64,000 nt of DNA from Candidatus Bathyarchaeia archaeon (GTDB lineage Archaea > Thermoproteota > Bathyarchaeia > Bathyarchaeales > Bathycorpusculaceae), in NCBI GenBank assembly GCA_038817995.1, contig JAWAZC010000003.1, forward strand, positions 1,664-65,663, read 5' to 3'. Both the position numbers and the translations under genes were made by a program. Shown here in pieces: positions 1 to 7,414 of this stretch. The number at the start of each line of letters is the position of its first letter. Within the stretch, counting starts at the first letter, position 1. The notes beneath the pieces are model-generated. The model saw nothing but the letters and a program-made list of their open reading frames with translations. It did not search any database and had not been told where the DNA came from.

Positions 1-776
1 TCCAAGCTCCGCGCCATAATGGCGAATGGTTTCTGCCGCCTATGTTTGGCTTCCCTAAGCCTCATTAAAGGTTTGTCCTTCAAAGTGGATGCCGCAACGT
101 GAAAACCTCCATAACCCTTAACAGCCACGATGAAACCCTCAGAAATCAGCTTGCCAGCCTCCCGTATGGGATCTCTATACGAAAGCACTTCGCCTTTGCT
201 TGTTGTCAAATAGGCTTTTGGACCACATTTGGGACAAGCCACTGTTTGGGCGTGAAAACGTCTGTTCAAAGGGTTAGTGTACTCGCTTTGACAGAAACTG
301 CACATGGGAAAATCCCGCATCGTCGTGTTTTCCCTATCATAGGGGAGACGTTCAATAATCGTGAAGCGTGGGCCACAATCTGTGCATGTAATGAAAAAAT
401 AGTCATACCTTGGGTCGCGTTTGTTTCTAAGCTCCCTTAGACATTCGTTGCATATGGCCACGTCTGGAGGAATAACAGAACCAGAAAGCTCAGCCTCCTC
501 GGAGCTTCTAACAATTCTAAAGTCTGCGTATTGATGTTCTCCTCCAAGCTTTGTTGTTATGATTTCATGAACTCGCGCTAGGGGCGGCTTCCCATTTTCT
601 AAGGCTTTCAAGAAATTGTTTATAGCGCTTTCTTCACCTTCGAGAAGAATTTCTACGCCAGCATCACCCATATTGCGGACGTAACCCTTTAAGCCATTTT
701 TTACGGCAATACGATAAATAAACGGGCGAAAACCCACGCCTTGAATAATGCCGGTAACTCTAATTCTTACCCGCAC
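1..776 (-). CDS. hypF: [NiFe]-hydrogenase maturation carbamoyltransferase HypF, N-terminal part; the gene runs off the left edge of the window
   Basis: Absent from the ORF track because it is open at the window edge. Manual reverse-strand translation from GTG at 776 gives VRVRIRVTGIIQGVGFRPFIYRIAVKNGLKGYVRNMGDAGVEILLEG (acylphosphatase-like domain). Two zinc-finger units follow (CNECLRELRNKRDPRYDYFFITCTDCGPRF and CSFCQSEYTNPLNRRFHAQTVACPKCGP), then the start of a YrdC-like domain (VAVKGYGGFHVA). This architecture is diagnostic of HypF. Confidence 0.85.
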   Translation of the reverse strand, partial: MRVRIRVTGIIQGVGFRPFIYRIAVKNGLKGYVRNMGDAGVEILLEGEESAINNFLKALENGKPPLARVHEIITTKLGGEHQYADFRIVRSSEEAELSGSVIPPDVAICNECLRELRNKRDPRYDYFFITCTDCGPRFTIIERLPYDRENTTMRDFPMCSFCQSEYTNPLNRRFHAQTVACPKCGPKAYLTTSKGEVLSYRDPIREAGKLISEGFIVAVKGYGGFHVAASTLKDKPLMRLREAKHRRQKPFAIMARSL

Positions 777-906
777 TCGAAGTCATCCCGCAGTTAGTTC
801 TGAAATATTTAGGAATCGTAAATTTAAGGTTCACTTGATACCTCCAAGCGGCTTTTGCCTTCGACAAGAAGAAATCGGTACTTTACAATACGTTTCACGA
901 TGAAAA

Positions 907-916
907 TTTTAATATA
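907..916 (+). promoter_or_regulatory. TATA-box-like element (TTTTAATATA) with an A-rich BRE-like flank, upstream of the radical SAM gene
   Basis: AT-rich octamer-like motif about 48 nt upstream of the ATG at 964, in the divergent hypF/radical-SAM intergenic region. Position and composition fit an archaeal TATA/BRE promoter. Confidence 0.35.
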
Positions 917-963
917 ACCTCAAACACCATAGCCAATCTAACACTCAAAACCAAGGGATATTA

Positions 964-2496
964 ATGACTAAAAACCAACAAGAAATTGTGAAATTTGAGC
1001 GTTATTCAACAAGTGTCTGCCCAGAATGTCTGAACAGAATTCCCATGAAAATTTACGAGGAGAACGGCGTGATTTACCTTGAGAAGACATGTGCGGAGCA
1101 TGGGAAGTTCGAGGACGTTTACTGGGGAGACGCGGAACTCTTCAAGTGGGTCTATGAAGGCTGGTGTAATGCCAAGTACGGTGGAACCGGGTTGGAAAAT
1201 CCCCACACGAAGCCGGTTAGGGGCTGCCCTTATGATTGTGGGCTATGTACACAACACAAGTCCCACACGGTTTTGGGCATAATAGACGTGACGAATAGAT
1301 GCAATATGGCTTGTCCGGTTTGTTTTGCCTACGCTGGGGCGGTGAATTATGTTTATGAGCCAAGCTACGAGCAGATAGTGGACATGATTAAGTTGCTGAG
1401 AAGCAATAAACCTTGGGCTTGTAATGCGCTTCAGTTCAGCGGCGGAGAACCCACCATAAGAAACGATTTGCCAGCCCTCATCGCAGAGGCGAAAAAGGCT
1501 GGAATAACCCATGTGGAAGTCAACACTAACGGTTTGCGTCTCGCAGAAGATCTGGACTATTTTAGAAAGCTTTTGGATGCTGGTTTAAGCACGCTTTACC
1601 TTCAATTCGACGGCTTGAGAGAGGAGATCTACAAAAAAACAAGGGGCAGAACGGATCTAGTCCAAGTGAAACATAAAGTTATAGAAAACGCAAGAAAAAT
1701 CGGGCTCGACTCCATAGTTTTGGTAGTCACGCTGGCAAAGGGCATTAACGACGAGAATTTAGGCGACATAATCCGCTACGCTGTTGAAAATCATGATGTC
1801 GTCAGATGCGTAAACATTCAACCCATATCCATGGCTGGAAGAGCCCGCCGAGACGAGATGCGAAAAATGCGCATAACAGTGCCAGACGCCATCAAACTGA
1901 TAGAGGAACAGACAAACGGAAAAATCACTCGAGGGGACTGGCGCCCCGTCAATTGGCCGGTGCCAATATCCAAGGGCATGGAGATAATCAAGAACCGCGT
2001 GTATCCAGAATTCACGATGCATCCCATGTGTGGAGCCGCAACCTTCATAGTTGTTGAAGAGGACGACACATACAAGCCTATAACCCAGTATGTAGATGTT
2101 GACAAGTTCGCTCAAATTTTCTGGGACATCTACTATACTGGCGTGAAGGGCAAAAGAACCATGGCGAAAATGAAAATGTTAGAGTTTCTGCCCATGGTGA
2201 AGTCGCCGCTCGTAAGAGGTCTACTTAAGGATGTCATAACTAAAGGGAGCTATGAAGCGCTTGGAAGATTTATGCGAAGAATCATCATGATAGGGATAAT
2301 GCACTTTATGGATGTCTGGAACTTCGATTTGGACAGGGTTCAAAAATGTGTTATCCATTACGCCACACCGGACGGCAGAGTTGTACCCTTCTGCACCTAC
2401 AATAGTTTCCACAGAAGCGTCGTGGAGAAACGGTTCGCTATGCCCGTTGATGAATGGGTCGCCAAAACTGGAAAACGTTTAAACGAGCCAATTTAA
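964..2496 (+). CDS. Radical SAM enzyme, MJ0619/COG1964-type; candidate tetraether lipid synthase (Tes / GDGT-MAS family)
   Basis: Radical SAM CxxxCxxC motif in IDVTNRCNMACPVCFA. N-terminal zinc-ribbon CPECLNRIP...CAEHG and an additional Cys cluster GCPYDCGLC. The ~510 aa length and N-terminal layout match my recollection of the MJ0619 family. Confidence 0.6.
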   Translation: MTKNQQEIVKFERYSTSVCPECLNRIPMKIYEENGVIYLEKTCAEHGKFEDVYWGDAELFKWVYEGWCNAKYGGTGLENPHTKPVRGCPYDCGLCTQHKSHTVLGIIDVTNRCNMACPVCFAYAGAVNYVYEPSYEQIVDMIKLLRSNKPWACNALQFSGGEPTIRNDLPALIAEAKKAGITHVEVNTNGLRLAEDLDYFRKLLDAGLSTLYLQFDGLREEIYKKTRGRTDLVQVKHKVIENARKIGLDSIVLVVTLAKGINDENLGDIIRYAVENHDVVRCVNIQPISMAGRARRDEMRKMRITVPDAIKLIEEQTNGKITRGDWRPVNWPVPISKGMEIIKNRVYPEFTMHPMCGAATFIVVEEDDTYKPITQYVDVDKFAQIFWDIYYTGVKGKRTMAKMKMLEFLPMVKSPLVRGLLKDVITKGSYEALGRFMRRIIMIGIMHFMDVWNFDLDRVQKCVIHYATPDGRVVPFCTYNSFHRSVVEKRFAMPVDEWVAKTGKRLNEPI

Positions 2497-2536
2497 CCGA
2501 TCATTAAAACGAGGACTAAATTTAAGTTAGTTTTTG

Positions 2537-2977
2537 CTATTCTAACCTAGTAAACTCGTAGGTAGGATTTCCTTCCGAAGTGATTTTTGCTACAAGCGTA
2601 GCTTTCATACCTACTTTAATTTCTGAATGTTTAAAGCCGGTCAACCATGCAAGCACACGGACACCCTCCTTTAATCTGCCAATAGCCACGGTGTAGGGCT
2701 TTTCATGTTGAAAAGTAGTTGGCCTAACAACGACATGCGTAAAAGTCTCAATTGTCGCCTCATTACCAAGGTCAACCCACTCCATGTTGGAAGTTAAACA
2801 CTGCGGGCAGTCTGCAACCGGCGGGAAATAAATTTTCCCACAACCTTTACATTTCGTGGCACGGATCTTCCCTTGTTTAAGTCCCTCCCAGAAAGGCAAG
2901 GTTTTGCTTATGGGTATGTCCTGCACAACTCTTATTTCCCTAGATTTTATAGACGGTGCCGCCGTCACATTAATCAT
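2537..2977 (-). CDS. DUF35 family OB-fold/zinc-ribbon protein (thiolase-associated small subunit)
   Basis: Rubredoxin-like CKGCGKIYFPPVADCPQC followed by an OB-fold-like C-terminus. The internal ATG (MINVTAAPS...) at 2977 forms an ATGA overlap with the thiolase stop, so it is the likely start. The track ORF extends to 3001. Confidence 0.8.
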   Translation of the reverse strand: MINVTAAPSIKSREIRVVQDIPISKTLPFWEGLKQGKIRATKCKGCGKIYFPPVADCPQCLTSNMEWVDLGNEATIETFTHVVVRPTTFQHEKPYTVAIGRLKEGVRVLAWLTGFKHSEIKVGMKATLVAKITSEGNPTYEFTRLE

Positions 2978-4161
2978 CTCCTCAGAATCGTGACGTAACA
3001 ATAGTGGCCAGTTCCGCCAACGTTATGGGCCAGCGCCACGTAATTTTTCATCGGTGCTTGCCGCCCCTTTTCAACTGCTTCCTCTCTTAACTGTTTTGTC
3101 AGTTCGTATATCATGGAGCATCCTGTGGCGCCAACTGGGTGACCTTTGGCTTTTAATCCGCCGTCAACGTTTACGGGAATTTTTCCACCTATCTCGGTTT
3201 GTCCCTCGCGGATCAGCTTAGCGCCTTCGCCTTTCTTGCAGAATCCAAGATCTTCATAAGCCATTATTTCGGCTATGGTGAAACAGTCGTGGACAACCGC
3301 CACGTCAAGCTGGTCTGGTGTGACCTTGGCCATTTTATAAGCTATTCGAGAGGCTGAAACCGTTGCTTCTAGCCCAACATAGTCAAGCCTTCTGCTGATG
3401 TTTGCTGTTCCAGAAGCATAGCCTATACCGGCAACCCACACAGGTGTGTCAATCCTAAGTTCCTTAACTTTTTCCTCAGAGGCAAGAATTATTGAGGCTG
3501 CCCCATCAGACACGGGACAGCAGTCGAGAAGCTTTAGAGGTGCAGCGACAACGGTTGAAGACAAAACATCGTCAACCGTTATCTTACTTTGAAAATGAGC
3601 TATCGGGTTCATTGAGGCGTACTTGTGGTTTTTAACTGCGACCAAAGCTAAATCTTCCTCAGTTGTTCCGAACCTAGCCATATGAGCGGTTGCATACAAA
3701 GCGTAATAAGCCGGAAACGTTACACCAAAATTGTGAAACTCCCACAAGTAACAGCCAGCTCTTCCAATCCACTCCATAATGGTGGGGGTGTCGATCTCCC
3801 TCATTTTCTCAACGCCCAATGCCAAGGCGATTTCCGCTTGCCCACTTGCCACAGCCCAGTAGGCCGTCGCAAAAGCAGCACTTCCGCTAGCACATGCAGC
3901 CTCACAACGCACAAGACCCGCACCTGTTAAACCACAATATTCGGCTGAAACAACGGCTGGAAGAAACTCCTCACACCATACTCCTGCCCCAGCAGAACCT
4001 ACCGCTACAAACTCTATGTCTTTTGGGGATATCCCAGCGTCCTCAATTGACGGCTTAAAGGCCTCAAAAGCTAGCTCCGCAAAGCTAATATCGCTTCTGG
4101 CGCCAAACTTTGAATTCCCAACACCGATAACGGCCACTTTTCTCATTTCGCCACTTCCCAA
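2974..4161 (-). CDS. Thiolase (acetyl-CoA C-acetyltransferase, archaeal SCP-x-like type)
   Basis: 395 aa. N-terminal VAVIGVGNSKFG, active-site region CEAACASGSAAF, C-terminal GHPVGATGCS and NVGGTG motifs typical of thiolases. Confidence 0.9.
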   Translation of the reverse strand: MGSGEMRKVAVIGVGNSKFGARSDISFAELAFEAFKPSIEDAGISPKDIEFVAVGSAGAGVWCEEFLPAVVSAEYCGLTGAGLVRCEAACASGSAAFATAYWAVASGQAEIALALGVEKMREIDTPTIMEWIGRAGCYLWEFHNFGVTFPAYYALYATAHMARFGTTEEDLALVAVKNHKYASMNPIAHFQSKITVDDVLSSTVVAAPLKLLDCCPVSDGAASIILASEEKVKELRIDTPVWVAGIGYASGTANISRRLDYVGLEATVSASRIAYKMAKVTPDQLDVAVVHDCFTIAEIMAYEDLGFCKKGEGAKLIREGQTEIGGKIPVNVDGGLKAKGHPVGATGCSMIYELTKQLREEAVEKGRQAPMKNYVALAHNVGGTGHYCYVTILRR

Positions 4162-4232
4162 TAGTTATCTAACGTAAACGCTAAACAGCGAATAGCGAAA
4201 GGTTTCCTTTTGAATATTACTCTTTGGAGACT

Positions 4233-5387
4233 TTAGAACTTTCTGAGGAGATACTTGAGCACCGTCAGCTTTAGGATCTCGCTTGTTCCCTCGTAAATTT
4301 CAGTTATTTTTGCGTCCCTATGGTATCTTTCCACGCGGTATTCGCCTAAATATCCATATCTGCCTAAGGTTTGAATGGCGAAGTCTGTGGTTTCCATTGC
4401 CACGCGGCTTGCATACTGCTTAGCCATGGCTGTTGCCATTGGATCAATTTTTCCCACGTCTATAAGCCAAGCAGCCTTGTAAGTCAAGAGCCTAGCAGCC
4501 TCTATTTTTGTAGCTAACTCCGCTAAAGTGAAGCCTATGGCCTCATGCTGTATTATTGGTTGTCCAAAGGCTTCCCTCTGTTTCGCGTAGTTGAAGGCTA
4601 TCTCCCAAGCGCCTTGAGCCATACCAACAGCCTGAGCCGCCACACTGACCCTTGTTTTGTCGAAAAATTCCACCGAGTGATAGAAGCCTTTGTTAAGCTC
4701 GCCGACGATATGCCAATCAGTAACCTCAACATTGTCAAATCGAACTTCGCCCGTCACTGAGCACCGTATCCCCATCTTATTATGGAGTTTTGTCATTTTG
4801 AGGCCTGAAGTTCCCTTGTCCACAACGAAAAGTGTTTGGCCTTTGTATGTGGGTTTAACTTCCGTGTCTGTTTGCGTCAAAACAATTATAAAGTCGGCTA
4901 AGGGAACGTTTATCACAAATGTTTTTGTGCCGTTTATCCACCATTTATTTCCATGTTTTGTTGCTGTTGTCTCCATGCGAGTTATGTCGCTTCCACTTAT
5001 TTTCGGTTCTGTAAAGGCTGCGGCCGAAAGGTAATCTCCCCTACATATGGGCGGCAAATACCTCTCTTTCTGTTCTTCACTACCGTAGGTGAGAATAAGC
5101 CCGCTACCGAAGTTTCCAGCCGAAATCGCCACGCCAAGGGATGAGTCTGCCCTGCACATTTCCTCTATTACAATGCATGTTTCAAGAAAACCACGACCTT
5201 GCCCGCCATATTCTGGCGGAAAGTGCATGCTTGTGAAGCCATGCCTTGCAGCTTTTCGGTAAAGCTCCAGCGGAAACTCCTCTTTTCGATCCAATTCTAT
5301 GGCAAGTTCTGGTTTGAACTCTCTTTCGCAAAAATCTCTTACAGCGTTCTTAATTTCAATTTGTTCCTCGGTTAGTTCAAAGTTCAT
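4233..5387 (-). CDS. Acyl-CoA dehydrogenase
   Basis: 384 aa. MNFELTEEQ..., FTEP..GSD, and a C-terminal TEIYEGTSEI motif containing the catalytic Glu, characteristic of ACADs. Confidence 0.9.
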   Translation of the reverse strand: MNFELTEEQIEIKNAVRDFCEREFKPELAIELDRKEEFPLELYRKAARHGFTSMHFPPEYGGQGRGFLETCIVIEEMCRADSSLGVAISAGNFGSGLILTYGSEEQKERYLPPICRGDYLSAAAFTEPKISGSDITRMETTATKHGNKWWINGTKTFVINVPLADFIIVLTQTDTEVKPTYKGQTLFVVDKGTSGLKMTKLHNKMGIRCSVTGEVRFDNVEVTDWHIVGELNKGFYHSVEFFDKTRVSVAAQAVGMAQGAWEIAFNYAKQREAFGQPIIQHEAIGFTLAELATKIEAARLLTYKAAWLIDVGKIDPMATAMAKQYASRVAMETTDFAIQTLGRYGYLGEYRVERYHRDAKITEIYEGTSEILKLTVLKYLLRKF

Positions 5388-5522
5388 TTACAAAACCTTT
5401 TCCCAGTTTCTCTTCTACACGCTAAACCTTTGTGGCATACTTAAACATAAGTCCATGTGGGTTTTTGCGAACTCTAAAGCCACACTGTTATCGCTTGTCA
5501 TCGCTGGAGTGCCTCTATTTGG

Positions 5523-6515
5523 CTATTTAGTTTTTTGGGCTTTTATCTCGTTGATCTTGTTTTTAAGGGCCGGCACTATTTTGAAGAGGTCTTCCACCAC
5601 ACCGTAGTCTGAAAAGTTGAATATTGGAGCTTTCGGGTCTTTGTTTACAGCTATAATTAGATCCGAGTTTTTCATTCCAAGGATATGTTGAAATGCCCCG
5701 CTTATTCCTAACGCCAAATAAAGTTTCGGTTTAACAGTTTTGCCGGAGGACCCAACTTGCCTCTCGCTTGGTAGCCAACCCTTATCAACTATTGGACGGG
5801 AACACGCCAAAACTCCGCCCAAGGATTTTGCAAGCTCTTCCACCAATGGTATGTTGCTTCGATCTTTTATTCCTCTTCCAACGCTGACAAGGATATCTGC
5901 GGCCGTTATGTCGACGCCTCCAGGCGGTGGCGGAACATACTCCAAGAAGCGCTTACCAGTTATTTCTTCAGTTAATGGTGATGGAACCTCTTCGATTTGC
6001 CCGTTGATTGGAGCCGATGGTTTTTGGGCTTGGAAAGCTGCTTGACGTACAGTCGCCATGTAACTCTCTGATTTGCGCAGGACGGCTTTTGCGTTTACTT
6101 TTCCACCATACATTTGTCTTGTTACAACAAATGCGTCACCTTCGAAACAGAAGTCTATGCAGTCAGTGGCAAGGGGAATGTTTAGGGCGGCCGCCAGTCT
6201 TGGGGCGAGCTCAACACCATAGGATGTATGCCCAATAAGTGTCAGAATGGGTTTACGCTCTACAATTAAACGTGAAAGGACTTTTTGGTATGCGTCGGAG
6301 TTAAAGTTCTCGAGTTTGTCGTCCTCTACAAGTAAAATTTTTGGCGAGTATTCCGCTAACGTTTTCGCGTGTTCCTTAACGTTTTTACCCAGCAAAACAG
6401 CCGTCAGATTAGCGTTTGTTTTTTCAGCCACCTCTCTGGCTTTAGTTAACATTTCAAAGGTTATGTCTCTAAGCTGCCCCTGTCTATGTTCAGCTAGCAC
6501 AAATATTTCGGCCAT
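5523..6515 (-). CDS. etfA: Electron transfer flavoprotein alpha subunit
   Basis: 330 aa. The C-terminal FAD-binding region (VSVGRGI, LYLALGISGAFQHILGM, IIAVNKDPKAPIF) is a typical EtfA signature. Confidence 0.9.
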   Translation of the reverse strand: MAEIFVLAEHRQGQLRDITFEMLTKAREVAEKTNANLTAVLLGKNVKEHAKTLAEYSPKILLVEDDKLENFNSDAYQKVLSRLIVERKPILTLIGHTSYGVELAPRLAAALNIPLATDCIDFCFEGDAFVVTRQMYGGKVNAKAVLRKSESYMATVRQAAFQAQKPSAPINGQIEEVPSPLTEEITGKRFLEYVPPPPGGVDITAADILVSVGRGIKDRSNIPLVEELAKSLGGVLACSRPIVDKGWLPSERQVGSSGKTVKPKLYLALGISGAFQHILGMKNSDLIIAVNKDPKAPIFNFSDYGVVEDLFKIVPALKNKINEIKAQKTK

Positions 6516-6516
6516 T

Positions 6517-7305
6517 TTACATTAACCCCCTAGACTTCAAAATTTCCACAATTCTAGAGGCTATTTCGTCAGGGCTTCCCGTGAGAAACTCAGCCTGTTT
6601 TTCCACAGGTGGAACGTAAAGTTTTTCTATTTTAAGCCATGAGCCTGCTTCACCCACATCATTTTCACTTAGGCCTATGTCCGCCAACCCCATAACTTTA
6701 ACCTCTTTCTGCATGGCCCTGCGAATTCCCATAATTGAAACGTAGCGAGGCTCATTAATCCCAGTCTGAACCGTGAAAACCGCTGGTAGCTTAACTTCTA
6801 ACCGCTCCTCGAAACCTCCTTCAAGCTCACGGTTAACAATAGCCTTTCCATTAGCGAGCTCAATTTTCTTGACCATTGTTGCATGTGGAACCTTAAGAAG
6901 TTCCGCCAAAACTGGGCCTACAACAGCGCTTCCGTCGTCGCTTGCTTGTGCACCCGTCAAGACCATGTCAAAATGCATGTTTTTGATAACACTGTAGAGA
7001 ATTTTGGCCGTGGTGTAAGCGTCTGAACCCTCAAACTTTGGGTCGGTCAAGCGTATAGCTTTGTCCGCGCCGCGTGCTAAACACTTTCGCAAAGTGCTGT
7101 CGGAGTCTTCCGGACCAACAGTTATGGCTGTCACTGTTCCGCCGAATTTTTCTTTAATGCGAACAGCCTCTTCTAAGGCGTAGTCGTCCCATTCATTTAT
7201 GTCAAAGACCAGCCCAGACTTTTCTATGCTTTTCCCGGTTGCATCTATTTTCAGCTCGGCCTCAGCGGTTTCCGGCACGTGCTTAACACAAACAATAACG
7301 TCCAA
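6517..7305 (-). CDS. etfB: Electron transfer flavoprotein beta subunit
   Basis: DVIVCVKHVPE..., LTGAQASDDGSAVVGPVLAELL. The track ORF starts at 7332. A TTG at 7305, preceded by AGGAGATGGTG, gives the canonical M-DVIVCVKHVP N-terminus. Start is uncertain. Confidence 0.85.
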   Translation of the reverse strand: MDVIVCVKHVPETAEAELKIDATGKSIEKSGLVFDINEWDDYALEEAVRIKEKFGGTVTAITVGPEDSDSTLRKCLARGADKAIRLTDPKFEGSDAYTTAKILYSVIKNMHFDMVLTGAQASDDGSAVVGPVLAELLKVPHATMVKKIELANGKAIVNRELEGGFEERLEVKLPAVFTVQTGINEPRYVSIMGIRRAMQKEVKVMGLADIGLSENDVGEAGSWLKIEKLYVPPVEKQAEFLTGSPDEIASRIVEILKSRGLM

Positions 7306-7414
7306 ACAGCACCATCTCCTCATTTTTAGCAAAACAGTTCACATTTGTTTTCATATAGCTTTCGCTAAAAACAAGGCTCTGAAACATGGATGAACTTGAA
7401 ACAAAACAGAAGAA

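Noticed and set aside
99-440. 113-aa plus-strand ORF from the track
   Set aside because: It lies entirely antisense to a clear HypF coding frame (zinc fingers and acylphosphatase domain on the minus strand). Its sequence is Cys/Thr/Phe-rich with no motif, so it is treated as a shadow ORF.
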